Below are positions 31,220 to 41,406 of a DNA stretch of 64,000 nt, piece by piece; position 1 is the stretch's first letter; every line of letters begins with the position of its first letter. Under the pieces are notes generated by a model that saw only the letters and a program-made list of their open reading frames with translations, ran no database searches and was not told the origin of the DNA. The translations under genes were made by a program, and so were the position numbers. This stretch comes from an uncultured Chthonomonadaceae bacterium (GTDB lineage Bacteria; Armatimonadota; Chthonomonadetes; Chthonomonadales; Chthonomonadaceae), in NCBI GenBank assembly GCA_963835065.1, contig CAWIEK010000049.1, positions 608,001 to 672,000 of the forward strand, given 5' to 3'.

Positions 31220-32585
31220 TAAATTCCGGCGAGGCGGGCGTTGGCGTCGCCGAAATGCTCCAGCGGGACGCCCATTCTGTCCATCAGCGACAGGTACAGG
31301 CTGCACACCTTGCGGTTCTCGTCGCCCTTGTCTCGGTAGTTCAGCACCCGGCCTGTTTCCAGTTTGCCGCCCATGTTGCCGATTGTCAGGATGGGCAGGG
31401 TTGAGTTGTCGTGGTTGGAGCCGGAGAACATGTTGGAAAGCCACAGCAGGCAGGTGCTGTCCAGAACCGTGCCCTCACCTTCCGGCATCGCCTGTAGTTT
31501 TCCGGCGAGGTAGGCGAGATGGCCGACGTAGAACTGCGTGATGCGCAGATAGTCGTCGGACGTGTCGTGGTGGGACGCGGGATGATGGGCGTCGCGCACA
31601 CCGAGGAACGGGTAGAACAGCCCGGAAAGGTCGCGGCACATCAGCATCGAAGCGATACGGGTCTTGTCGGTTTGAATCGCCAGTGCTACCACGTCGCACA
31701 TCAGGCGCATGTGTTCGCGGATGTCTTCCGGCAGGCCGTTTTCGGGGCGCTTCATGCCGACGAGCGGCTTGCCCTTGTCTTTGGCGCGGTCAGCGGCCTT
31801 GCCCAGATCGCCGCGCATACGCTGCGCGCGCTGCTCCACGTCCCGAACGCTTGTCAGGTACTCGTCTAATTTGGCGCGGTCATCGTGGCTGATACGGCGG
31901 CGCAGTCCGCTCGCTTCCGCGCTGACGCGATCCAGAATGCTTTCCATGCGCCGGTTGCCGCTGTTCTCGAACAGGCTGTCAAAGGCCAGCGAGGGGTAAA
32001 CTTCGCAGGGAACGGGCGAATCCGCGCTTTGCCAGGAGATGTGCGAGCTATAGGCCATCGAAAAGTTCGTTTCGTGGTAGCCCGTCAGCGGCTGTTCGCA
32101 GGCCAGCACCAGACTGGGCTGAACCGTGTCCTGCCCAAGATGCGCGGCAAGCACCTGATCTACGCTGACGCCGCCATGCAGCACCGCCCCCCGCGTGAGC
32201 GGCATGCCCGAAAGAATGTTGCCGGTCATGCCGGGATGAATTCCCACGCCCGTAGAAGGCTTGTTGAAAAGCCCGTTGATGACGTTGAGTTTGGTTTTGA
32301 ACGGCTCCAGGGCTTGCAGGCTCTTGCTCAGCTCCATGCTCGCGCCTTCGCCTTTCGCCCACCAGTGATTCGGGTTGATGCCCGTGCCCATGAACTGCAC
32401 GATGAAGCGGCGGGGCGGCGCGCTGGCCGCTTTGGGCGCTTCCGCCGCGCTTCCCCACACCGGAAGGGATTCCAGCCAGGGCAGCGCCATGACGACGCCC
32501 GCGCCCCGCAGGAAAATGCGCCGGGAAACCGGAGCGGAAGACGGCGAGTCGGTTTCTGATCTGGTGTTTGCTCTTCGTTCGTCAT
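31220..32585 (-). CDS. DUF1552 protein (copy B); stop lost at junction, 1-nt deletion near 32547
   Basis: Near-identical to copy A; GGAGG RBS before ATG 32585. Confidence 0.85.
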
Positions 32586-32620
32586 TGGTGTTATTCCTCC
32601 GTGTATTCTGAATAGCCGGT

Positions 32621-35600
32621 TTAATTCCTTGCGGAAAGCGATTGGTTCTTTGCCAACGTGGGCGTGGCGCGTCGGTTGCGGAACTGCGGGCTGGTGACAA
32701 TGCTTTCTACGAGCGTTCCGAAACGGTAGTTGTTGGCAGCCAATTTCTGCTGCATTTGAAGCAGCAGCGGGTCGTCGGACGGCTGCAGGGTGCGCCCCAG
32801 GGCGTAGCACAACAGTTTGCGGCCCATATTGTCAAGAAAGTCTTGCTGGCGCTGTCCCTTGACAAACTCCTGCAAGCCGGTTACGCCGGATAGTTCCTTG
32901 TTGCCGGGAAACGACGCTTTGGCGTCTACGGGCTTGCCGCCCAAATCCTTGCTGCGCTGTTCGCCAACCGGCCCGTAGCCTTCAAAGACAAGGCCATAGG
33001 AGTCGAAGCGGGCATGGCAGCCCGCGCAGGCCGGGTTTGCGCGGTGCGCGGCAAGCGCCTGCCGGAGCGTCAGGTCGCCCATTTTGCTTTCGTCGCTTGG
33101 CAGCGCGGGAACGTTGGCGGGCGGCGGGGGAATGGTTTCGCCCAACACGCGCTTCACGACCCAGTAGCCGCGCTTCACCGGGCTGGTGCGCAGGCCGGGG
33201 GAGTTTTTGGTCAGGAAAACCGCCATCGGCAACAATCCGCCCCTGCCATAATGGTCGGCGTTGTCCACCCGCACCCACTCATTCGCTGTCGGCTTCACGT
33301 CCGTCATGCCGTAATGCTTCGCAAGGGGCGCGTTGACAAAGGTGTATTTGCCGTACAGCAAATCCAGCACGGAATGACCCTGCTGAAACTCGTCCATCAG
33401 GAAGTGCAGCGGCTCCTCGAACATGGCCTCGCGCAGCTCGTCGTTAAAGCCGGGGAACCGCTCGCGGTCTACGGCGTTATGCTCCTCAAAGCGGCGGAAG
33501 TCCAGCCAGTTGCCCCCGAATTCGAGAGCCAGGGCGCGAACGCGCGGGTCTTTCAGCATCCGGCGGGACTGCGCGGCCAGCACGTTGGGGCGGTGCAAAT
33601 CACCGGCGGCGGCGTGGGCAAGCAGTTCCTGATCGGGCATACTCGACCAGAGGAAATAGCTCAACCGGCTTGCCAGCGCGTAATCCGGGAGCGGCTGTAC
33701 GCTGCCGCCGCCGTTGCTGTTACTGTAACTGCCGTTGCTGTTCGTATTACTATGGGGCGGCGGGGCGGCATGGCGCGTGAAAGCAGCCGTTCGCGCCCCG
33801 GAACTTGGACTCGCAAGGGGCGCGTTCTTAAAATCACCCTCCGAGGCTTCCAAATCCATGCGAAACAGGAACTTGGGCGACATCAGGACGCTGACAACGG
33901 AGTCCCGAATAGCGTCCTCGTGGGTCAAGCCTTCCTTTTGCCGCAGGGTCTGGTAGAAACCCAGCAGGTCGGCACGTTCCGCCGTTGTCAGGGGATGGCG
34001 ATAGGCGCGGGCGGCGAAGTCGAGCAGGGATTTGCGATGAATTGGCTCGGCGGCAAGCCGCGCTCTTTCCGCAGACCGGATGTCGACCGATACCCACTTG
34101 AAATGGTCTTCAATCGCCTGCAGCGTCTGCGGTTCCGCCCCGTTTTTACGCGCTTTCGCCAGGTACAGGTCGCCCAACAGCTTGATTTTGGCGTCCGACA
34201 GGGCTTCTTTGTCTTCGGCGCGGGCAAAGTTGAATTCGGGATCGGTGATGGTTCCGGCTTCGGCGCGCTCGTACACGAAGAACTCCGAGTGCATGCGCTC
34301 AGGGACAAAAGCGACCGTATCGAAATCCAGCCACATGCTATCCAGTTTGCGCTTGCCGTTCTCGTCCAGTATCAATTCCATCAGGGGCTTATCGTCGCGG
34401 AAGTAGCCCATCGAGTTGTGCAGCCCGGCGGTCAGCAGACGGCCCTTGTCGCCCGGATCGTCCACGAACATGCGGCCCCGCTCGGCAATATAAAACGCAT
34501 CGGGAAACACGCTGCAAAACCGGTTAAACGACGCCATGAGAGGCGCGCGGGCGGCTTCGTCCTGGGGCAAAAACAGGTCGGCGTCTACGGGATCGGTAAC
34601 GGTTTGATCCGGTTGTCTGCGGCCTCCGTTGCGGCGTCCGGGGATCGTCCGGGTTGCGGGCTTACCGCCGATTTGCAGAGCGTCGGGATAGAGCATCCGG
34701 CGGTGGGAGGCGTACTGGTTATCCTTCCACAACACGAAACACTGGCCGCCGCTGGAAAAACCGCGCGGAACCGGCAGGTTGGCGAACTTCCACGCCACTT
34801 TCTTGCGCAGGGTGACAACCCAATCCCGCATCGCCGCGCAGCCTGCGCCGGCCGCGTCCGCATGGGTTTTGTCCGGGGCGGGAAGCGCGTTCCACTGCGC
34901 CTGAAGTCTGGCAATCGGGCCGACTTTTTCACCGGGCGCGTTGAGCGTGTTCCATATCAATTCCAGGTAGCGCGGGCTTACTTTCGTTTCGGCGGCAACG
35001 GTTTGCAGCGTGGCGTTGGGAGCGCCCAGGGCAGCCCGATGCCGGTACCGCCAGGCAGCCTGAAAATAATCCGCGATGTCGGTCGGCTGCTTCTTGTAAA
35101 AATCCACGATGCGCAGGATGCAGAATTTGTCCCGATCCGTTTCGGCCAGAACCGGATGGGAGGCGAATTCCAGCCCCGTCGAAGTCAGCGCCATGCGATC
35201 CGCGATGTCTTTGGCGGCGGTCACGTATTTCTTCAGCAGCGCGGGCGATAGGGTGAGCGACTCGCCGGAATTGTCGAAGCCTTCCTGATTGGCCGGGTCA
35301 ACGGGAAATTCGCGGGTCGGGCGCATGTCCACGCCGGTCAGGTCGCGGATGGTGTAATCGTATTCCGCGTTGCTCAGACGACGCGCCAGGACAGGGCCGG
35401 GATCGCCGGCATTGCGCTGCGCTTCCACTTTGCGCGCGGCGCGAACCCAGGCGATGACCGCATTGCGCTGCGCGTCCGAGGGCTGCTTGCCGACGTTTGG
35501 CGGCGGCATCTGTTTGGCGGCGAGTTTGTCCAGCACCAGGGACCAGTGGGGAGCGTCCCGCATCACGGAATCCATGTTCGCATACGCGGTAAGGTCAAGC

Positions 35601-35830
35601 TGCGCCTGCGGTTTCACGCTGCTATGGCAGGAAACGCAGTACGTTTGCAGGAAGGGACGAACCGTGCCGGCGAACTGCTGTTCCAGAGCGGTACGGGGTT
35701 GGGCGGCGGGCCGGGTTTTGGCGGGCGTATCCGCGCCGGACGCGCCGGCCCAGGCAAGCACAGCCGCGAACGCTGACGCAGACGCGAGAAAACTCCCGGC
35801 AGAGGGATTAAACTTGAATTTACAGCGCAT
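32621..35830 (-). CDS. DUF1592 / planctomycete-type cytochrome c protein (copy B, intact)
   Basis: Two CxxCH motifs and DUF1587/1592/1588-type motifs. Confidence 0.9.
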   Translation of the reverse strand: MRCKFKFNPSAGSFLASASAFAAVLAWAGASGADTPAKTRPAAQPRTALEQQFAGTVRPFLQTYCVSCHSSVKPQAQLDLTAYANMDSVMRDAPHWSLVLDKLAAKQMPPPNVGKQPSDAQRNAVIAWVRAARKVEAQRNAGDPGPVLARRLSNAEYDYTIRDLTGVDMRPTREFPVDPANQEGFDNSGESLTLSPALLKKYVTAAKDIADRMALTSTGLEFASHPVLAETDRDKFCILRIVDFYKKQPTDIADYFQAAWRYRHRAALGAPNATLQTVAAETKVSPRYLELIWNTLNAPGEKVGPIARLQAQWNALPAPDKTHADAAGAGCAAMRDWVVTLRKKVAWKFANLPVPRGFSSGGQCFVLWKDNQYASHRRMLYPDALQIGGKPATRTIPGRRNGGRRQPDQTVTDPVDADLFLPQDEAARAPLMASFNRFCSVFPDAFYIAERGRMFVDDPGDKGRLLTAGLHNSMGYFRDDKPLMELILDENGKRKLDSMWLDFDTVAFVPERMHSEFFVYERAEAGTITDPEFNFARAEDKEALSDAKIKLLGDLYLAKARKNGAEPQTLQAIEDHFKWVSVDIRSAERARLAAEPIHRKSLLDFAARAYRHPLTTAERADLLGFYQTLRQKEGLTHEDAIRDSVVSVLMSPKFLFRMDLEASEGDFKNAPLASPSSGARTAAFTRHAAPPPHSNTNSNGSYSNSNGGGSVQPLPDYALASRLSYFLWSSMPDQELLAHAAAGDLHRPNVLAAQSRRMLKDPRVRALALEFGGNWLDFRRFEEHNAVDRERFPGFNDELREAMFEEPLHFLMDEFQQGHSVLDLLYGKYTFVNAPLAKHYGMTDVKPTANEWVRVDNADHYGRGGLLPMAVFLTKNSPGLRTSPVKRGYWVVKRVLGETIPPPPANVPALPSDESKMGDLTLRQALAAHRANPACAGCHARFDSYGLVFEGYGPVGEQRSKDLGGKPVDAKASFPGNKELSGVTGLQEFVKGQRQQDFLDNMGRKLLCYALGRTLQPSDDPLLLQMQQKLAANNYRFGTLVESIVTSPQFRNRRATPTLAKNQSLSARN

Positions 35831-35977
35831 GGGTTCGTGTGACTCCTGAATTTTGAACATGCTTTTAGTATACGCGCTTACAAGCAAAAAATCCACTTGA
35901 TTTTCTGACGCTTGACGCATTTCCGGTTTTGGCCTATACTGTGGGAGTGGCAACGAAAAGCAAGCAGGAGGAACATC

Positions 35978-36868
35978 ATGGCAACTCTGAGCATACCGCG
36001 CCCCTTACAAGAGGCGAAAACATCCGAGGGCAGCAAGCAAGACAAGGCAGCGCCCGACGGCAACACGCCACTCCGCAGCCCGCAAGTCGGCAAACCGCAA
36101 GCAGGCAGCAAACCTCGTTCTAAAAGAGCAGTTTACTATCCCACAGGAGACGGCAAGCCGATGGCCGAAGACGAGCCGCATCTGAACTTGATGAACTACT
36201 CCATTCCCGCGCTGCGCTACCGCCTTCGCAACCGTCCTGACGTGTACGTGGCCGGCAACAACTTCCTGTACTATGAAGAGGGCAACCCCAAAGCGCGCGT
36301 GTCTCCCGACTGCTATGTGGCGTTGGGCGTGGAGCCGAAAGGGCGCAGGCGCTTCTACAAGGTGTGGGAAGAGAACGGCATTGCCCCCGCTGTTATTTTT
36401 GAGTTCACGTCCAAGAAGACCAAAAAAGAAGACCTGACGATCAAGAAGTCCCTCTACGAGCAGGTATTAAGAGTGCAGGAGTATTTCCAGTTCGATCCGA
36501 CAGGCGATTACTTGAAGCCACGTTTGCAGGGACAGCGCTTACATGAGGGAGTGTACCAGCCGATAGAACTCAACGATAACCGCATGTTCAGCGAGCAGTT
36601 AGGATTGGAACTCGTCATGGAAGGCGAAACCTTGCGCTTCTATGATCCCGCAAGCGGCGAGTGGCTGCGCACGTATGAACAGGCCGAAACGCAGCGCCTT
36701 GCCCAGGAGCAGCGCGCCCAGGCAGAAGCGCAACGCGCCCAGGCAGAAGCGCAGCGGGCTGAGGCGGCTGACCAACGCGCCGACAGTGAAAAGCAACGCG
36801 CCGAGTCTGCCGAAGCGGAACTGGCGCGATTGCGCGCTGAACTCGAAGCCCTGCGCCAACAGAAATGA
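35978..36868 (+). CDS. Uma2-family endonuclease (copy 2)
   Basis: Same motifs; GGAGG RBS; RAQAEAQ heptads. Confidence 0.9.
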   Translation: MATLSIPRPLQEAKTSEGSKQDKAAPDGNTPLRSPQVGKPQAGSKPRSKRAVYYPTGDGKPMAEDEPHLNLMNYSIPALRYRLRNRPDVYVAGNNFLYYEEGNPKARVSPDCYVALGVEPKGRRRFYKVWEENGIAPAVIFEFTSKKTKKEDLTIKKSLYEQVLRVQEYFQFDPTGDYLKPRLQGQRLHEGVYQPIELNDNRMFSEQLGLELVMEGETLRFYDPASGEWLRTYEQAETQRLAQEQRAQAEAQRAQAEAQRAEAADQRADSEKQRAESAEAELARLRAELEALRQQK

Positions 36869-36957
36869 ACCGCCACTTTCCTTTATAACGACGTTTTGAA
36901 TCTAAGCGCGGTAAGGATTCGCGCAACGCACACTTTGCCGAATCCTTACCGTCGCCC

Positions 36958-37488
36958 TTAATGACCCGGCTCACCGGAACGCGCGACCCAGTCGGTATCA
37001 ATCCCCCGCGCCATCAGCAGTTCGGACAACTGCCCGACATGGCCCTGCAGGTGGCGCAGGTTCATGAGTTGGTGGGACAGTTTGCTCATATTTTTGTACC
37101 ACGAAAAGCCCGTTGCGTCGGCGTCGAGGTCGAGTTGAGCGACGGTGGGGCCGACAAGCGCGTCCACGAACCGAATGTAGTCGAGCATTTCGCTGCTCCG
37201 GTAGATTTCGGCTTCTGCGGGCAGCTCGTAGGGTTCCACTGCAAACGGCGGCTTCCAGAGTCCGTGGTGGATGCCCTCTTTTCGTCCGGGCCAGGGCTGA
37301 AAAGCCTCCTCGTTCTGCCCCAGGTACAGGTGGGTGAAGAAAGCGGCGTGAAAGGCGATGCGCCAGAACGCGCGGGGATACTCGCCCTCAAGCCACAGGT
37401 CTTCCGGGCACTTTGCCACACACTCTGCCAGCATCGCCAGCCCCGCATGATACTGCTCCGCAAGCGCCTGTCGCATCTCCATTTCCAT
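36958..37488 (-). CDS. DinB-family protein
   Basis: CPEDLW, FWRIAFH, NLRHLQGHVGQL. Confidence 0.85.
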   Translation of the reverse strand: MEMEMRQALAEQYHAGLAMLAECVAKCPEDLWLEGEYPRAFWRIAFHAAFFTHLYLGQNEEAFQPWPGRKEGIHHGLWKPPFAVEPYELPAEAEIYRSSEMLDYIRFVDALVGPTVAQLDLDADATGFSWYKNMSKLSHQLMNLRHLQGHVGQLSELLMARGIDTDWVARSGEPGH

Positions 37489-37586
37489 AACCTTTCAGGA
37501 ACGGCGGTAAGGATTCGCGCCCTATCCACATAGTCCGTATCAGCGCGTACCTATTATCCTGCCGCCCAGGAAATTCCTTCTGTGGA

Positions 37587-39056
37587 TTATTCAGAAAGGC
37601 CGGGACGCGCCGTATAGTACAGGCAGCCGAGGGTTTGGGGGCGACGCAGGATGCGATAGGCGAGAAAACGTCCCCAACGCGCGCAAGGCTGCATCAGAAG
37701 CCTACCGGTAAAGCGCAGTTCCTCTCGACCGTCTGCTCCAACGCCGGCCTGACTTTCAAATTCCGCATGAAGGCCGCACATCGGCAGGCGCAGGCCGCAC
37801 CAATACGCGGCGCGCGAACGCACCAGCAGCCCGCCTTCAGCAAGCGGCGTCACGGTAAACGCGATCACGAGGCGAAACTGCGGAAAAACCTCGCAAAAGG
37901 TGGGCTGTCCCTGTATCCGGCGTATGGCGAAATCGGCGTCGAAGACGCGCAGCCGGCTGCCGCAGTAGAGTTCCCGCAGAAAGCGCATGGAGCCATCGGG
38001 ACGGCGAAACACGCGGAAGCGGGCGGCTATAGTATCCTGTCCCTGCTCGTATAATCCCTGCCCGGTCAGGAAGGTTGCCAGCCGCGACAGCAGGCGGGCG
38101 GGGCGTGTGCGCAAATCGAGCGCGGCGGTCACGTCGTAGCGCGAAGGGTTCTGGTAGAAGCGGTCAATAGCCGGATGCACCTCATGAACGCGCTCGCCCA
38201 GCACGGAGGTCAGCAAGGGCCAGCGGACTTCCTGCGTGAGCCGTCCCCGCTCTTTCTGCCGCATTCCCTGCCGATACACGCGCATCGCCATCCAGGCCAG
38301 AATGGTATAGCGCAGTAATTGCCAGGCGCAGGCGCGGTATCCAATGGCCGCGCTGTCGGCTTTGGGCGCGGGCGTGAGAAAAGCACGGGCGGTTTCGCGG
38401 GCATAGCGCCCCATCAGCGGCCAGCCGGACGTAAGCAAGCGGGGAACGCTGCGCAGCATGGTTTCAGCCATCGCGGTTTCATAGGGAACGCGGCCTGCCA
38501 GCGCGTCGGCGTCGTGGGAGCGCGCGCCGAGCGTGACTTCCAGATGCAGGCGCAGGAATTGCCAGGTCGGGTCGTTCGGGTGCAGGTCGGCGTCACGGGT
38601 AAACGCTTCGAGTTCGCCTGCCGCGCGGGCCACTTCCAAATCCGCGACATGGGCGGCGACCCACAACTCCTCCACCACTTCCCAGGGACGCTCAAGTTCG
38701 CAGGCGTGGATATACTGCTGCCAGGCGAGCGTCCGGGGCGTACCGTCCGGCGCAATGGGAGTGACGACTTCGCCGATGCGGTCAAAATTGGTGGAGTAGC
38801 CGCAGAAACGTCCCAGGGTGAGGGCACAGGCGGTCAGCAGGTGGGTACGGGCCATCAGGCAGGGGTAGGCGCGATAAAAGCGCAGCATCCGCGTCAGCCG
38901 CTGCCGCGCCCGAAGCTGCCTGCGCGCGAATTCTTCTCGTTCCTCCGATGTGGCGCAGGGCAAAAATCGCCCGGTTTCGCGCAGGCACTCTTCCCAGGCC
39001 GACGCCCCGGATGTGACGGGGCTTTCGCGCCGGTTTTCAGGAGAAGCATTTCCCAT
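37587..39056 (-). CDS. Hypothetical protein (C-terminal half loosely DUF4166-like)
   Basis: 489-aa ORF; VHPAIDRFY motif followed by beta-rich region. Confidence 0.6.
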   Translation of the reverse strand: MGNASPENRRESPVTSGASAWEECLRETGRFLPCATSEEREEFARRQLRARQRLTRMLRFYRAYPCLMARTHLLTACALTLGRFCGYSTNFDRIGEVVTPIAPDGTPRTLAWQQYIHACELERPWEVVEELWVAAHVADLEVARAAGELEAFTRDADLHPNDPTWQFLRLHLEVTLGARSHDADALAGRVPYETAMAETMLRSVPRLLTSGWPLMGRYARETARAFLTPAPKADSAAIGYRACAWQLLRYTILAWMAMRVYRQGMRQKERGRLTQEVRWPLLTSVLGERVHEVHPAIDRFYQNPSRYDVTAALDLRTRPARLLSRLATFLTGQGLYEQGQDTIAARFRVFRRPDGSMRFLRELYCGSRLRVFDADFAIRRIQGQPTFCEVFPQFRLVIAFTVTPLAEGGLLVRSRAAYWCGLRLPMCGLHAEFESQAGVGADGREELRFTGRLLMQPCARWGRFLAYRILRRPQTLGCLYYTARPGLSE

Positions 39057-39301
39057 GCGCAGTCGTTCTTTCGGCGGGCAACCCCAGTTTATTCATTTTC
39101 CCCTGCTTAAATCAACGTTTTTCGTTGCAACAGCGCCTATTTGCTTATGTTAGCCTCAACACGGGAATTTTCCTGCTGCCAATTCGCCTGTTCTCGTTCA
39201 AACGGCTTCTGCGCTGCACTGAAAACGAGGCTTGACGCATTTCCGGTTTTAGCCTATACTGTGGGAGTGCTGGTGTAAACGGAGGCAGGAGGAAAACCAT
39301 C

Positions 39302-40210
39302 ATGGCAACGTTAAGCGTACCACGCGACAGTGTGTTGGACAAGGTATTGGACAGCGGCTTGGACAGCGACCTGCCGGGCAGTGACGCGCCGATTTCGGGC
39401 AAGCAGGACCGGAACGGGCAGGGCAGGAACGGACACGACAAGAGCAAGGCCGCGAACAAGACGGGCGACAGCAAACCCCGTTCCAAACGAGCGATCTACT
39501 ATCCGACAGGAGACGGCAAGCCGATGGCCGAAGACGTGCTGCATCGCAAACTGATGAGCTACTGCTGTGAGTCCCTCGAATTCCACTTTGCTCCGCGTCC
39601 TGACGTGTGCGTAGCGGGCAACGACTTTTTGTACTATGAAGAAGGCAATCCGCAAGCGCGCGTGTCTCCCGACTGCTATATAGCCTTCGGCGTGGAACCC
39701 AAAGAGATACGGCACTTCTACAAAATATGGGAGGAGAACGGCATCGCGCCCTCAGTCGTGATCGAACTCACGTCCAAAAAGACGAAGAAGGAAGACGTGA
39801 CGATCAAGAAGCCCCTCTACGAACAGGTGTTGAAGGTGCAGGAGTATTTTCAGTTCGACCCAACCGGCGATTACTTGAAGCCACGCTTGCAGGGACAGCG
39901 CTTGCATGAGGGCGTGTACAAGCCGATAGAACTCACCAACAACCGCATGTTCAGTGAGCAGTTAGGACTGGAACTCGTCATTGAGGGCAAAACCTTGCGC
40001 TTCTATGATCCGCTACAGCAGAAGTGGCTGCTGACCTATAAAGAGGCGGAAACGCAGCGCGTTGCTCAGGAGCAACGCGCTCAGGCAGAAGCGCACCGCG
40101 CGGAAGCGGCGGACCAACGCGCCGAAAGTGAAAAACAACGGGCTGAGACTGCCGAAGCGGAACTGGCGCGTCTTCGCGCAGAAATCGAAGCCTTGCGGCA
40201 GCAGAAGTAA
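39302..40210 (+). CDS. Uma2-family endonuclease (copy 3)
   Basis: DGKPMAE, SPDCYI, VIELTS, EYFQFDP. Confidence 0.9.
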   Translation: MATLSVPRDSVLDKVLDSGLDSDLPGSDAPISGKQDRNGQGRNGHDKSKAANKTGDSKPRSKRAIYYPTGDGKPMAEDVLHRKLMSYCCESLEFHFAPRPDVCVAGNDFLYYEEGNPQARVSPDCYIAFGVEPKEIRHFYKIWEENGIAPSVVIELTSKKTKKEDVTIKKPLYEQVLKVQEYFQFDPTGDYLKPRLQGQRLHEGVYKPIELTNNRMFSEQLGLELVIEGKTLRFYDPLQQKWLLTYKEAETQRVAQEQRAQAEAHRAEAADQRAESEKQRAETAEAELARLRAEIEALRQQK

Positions 40211-40402
40211 CCTACGCTATTCAGAGTATGACCGCGCGCTTTAGCCTGTTCGCGCATTGCAGGTATTGCAACGATATTTCGTATCAGGCGCAGGCGTGAC
40301 GACGTGGCGGCTTTATGCGGCGCTGACAGGCTTATAACGGATGGGATTAGGGATCAGGACAATGCCCCGGTTCAACAGGATATTGCCCCTGCTCCCTACT
40401 CC

Positions 40403-41305
40403 CTAGAAATTGATCGCTGGCGCAGCTACGGGCGCATCCAGCGATTGCAGCGTGACGGGCACGGTCTGCGTGTTGTTATTCACAGTGGCGGAAATGGTGT
40501 ACTGCCCGGCAACGACCCAGAAGAAGTAATTGCCGCTTTGATCCGTGCTTACGGTTCCCAAAACCTGCCCGCCTGCCGTCGCCGTAATGGAAACGGACGC
40601 GCCTGCCACGCCCTTGCCGCCCGATGTGACCGTGCCGGAAATGGTGTACGGCAGCGAAGGCGGCGTCGCCGACACGGGAGCGCCGAGCAGCAGCGTTCCG
40701 AGCGCGTTGTTGCCGCTTGCCAGCACAAACTGCGTGAAGATCGGCCTTGATTCGAAATTAGGCGCGGAAATCGTGCCAATGGACGCATTGGGATCGGTTC
40801 CCAGGCCAATCGGCAGGTTGGGGATGCTGAACGTGCCGTCCGTGCCGGTTTTCACCTGCGATCCCGCTATCGTCACCGTCGCGCCGCCCACCGCTTGCTG
40901 CGCCCCGTTGATCTGCCCGACAACCGTTCCCGACGCGGTGGCATCGTAACCCGTATCCGAAACGTACACATCGCCCAGACTATTGGCGCTGTGCGCCGTC
41001 AGCGACAGGGTCAGCGTCCGCGCTTTCGCCGGGGCAGCGGGCGTAATCGTCGCCGTTTTCGTGTTCGCGTCCACATTCGACAATGTGAACGTGCCGTCCG
41101 AAGCCGATGTCGTGGACTGCCCGCCGATTTTAACGGCGGTTCCCGCTTCCGGCGCGTTGTTTTCCGCGCGCAAAACACGCCCGGTCACGCTCGTCGCCGT
41201 GCCGCCCCCACCCCCGCCCCCGCTGCCATTGCTGCATCCGGCAAGCCCGGCAAACGCGGTCAGCAAAGCCATAACGGTCAGCCACGCGAAACCGCGCCGC
41301 GTCAT
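40403..41305 (-). CDS. Tat lipoprotein with three carboxypeptidase-regulatory-like domains
   Basis: MTRRGF...LAGC; repeated G-x-V...GA-x-V...T-x-x-DG-x-F units. Confidence 0.8.
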   Translation of the reverse strand: MTRRGFAWLTVMALLTAFAGLAGCSNGSGGGGGGGTATSVTGRVLRAENNAPEAGTAVKIGGQSTTSASDGTFTLSNVDANTKTATITPAAPAKARTLTLSLTAHSANSLGDVYVSDTGYDATASGTVVGQINGAQQAVGGATVTIAGSQVKTGTDGTFSIPNLPIGLGTDPNASIGTISAPNFESRPIFTQFVLASGNNALGTLLLGAPVSATPPSLPYTISGTVTSGGKGVAGASVSITATAGGQVLGTVSTDQSGNYFFWVVAGQYTISATVNNNTQTVPVTLQSLDAPVAAPAINF

Positions 41306-41406
41306 CCGTCCATTCCCCTCCCCTATTTTAAGGGTTATTTTATGGTTATCAATGATCATTGTTTTCTCCAACTACAAACAAATCCTGCCCCTCAACCCTC
41401 AACCAA

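Noticed and set aside
33014..35251. 745-aa plus-strand ORF (also 27487-28818, 1288-2382, 8110-9162, 62037-62993)
   Set aside because: Antisense shadows of well-supported genes in GC-rich DNA; no motifs
36869..36957. Integron attC site
   Set aside because: Lacks RYYYAAC/GTTRRRY ends; no integrase
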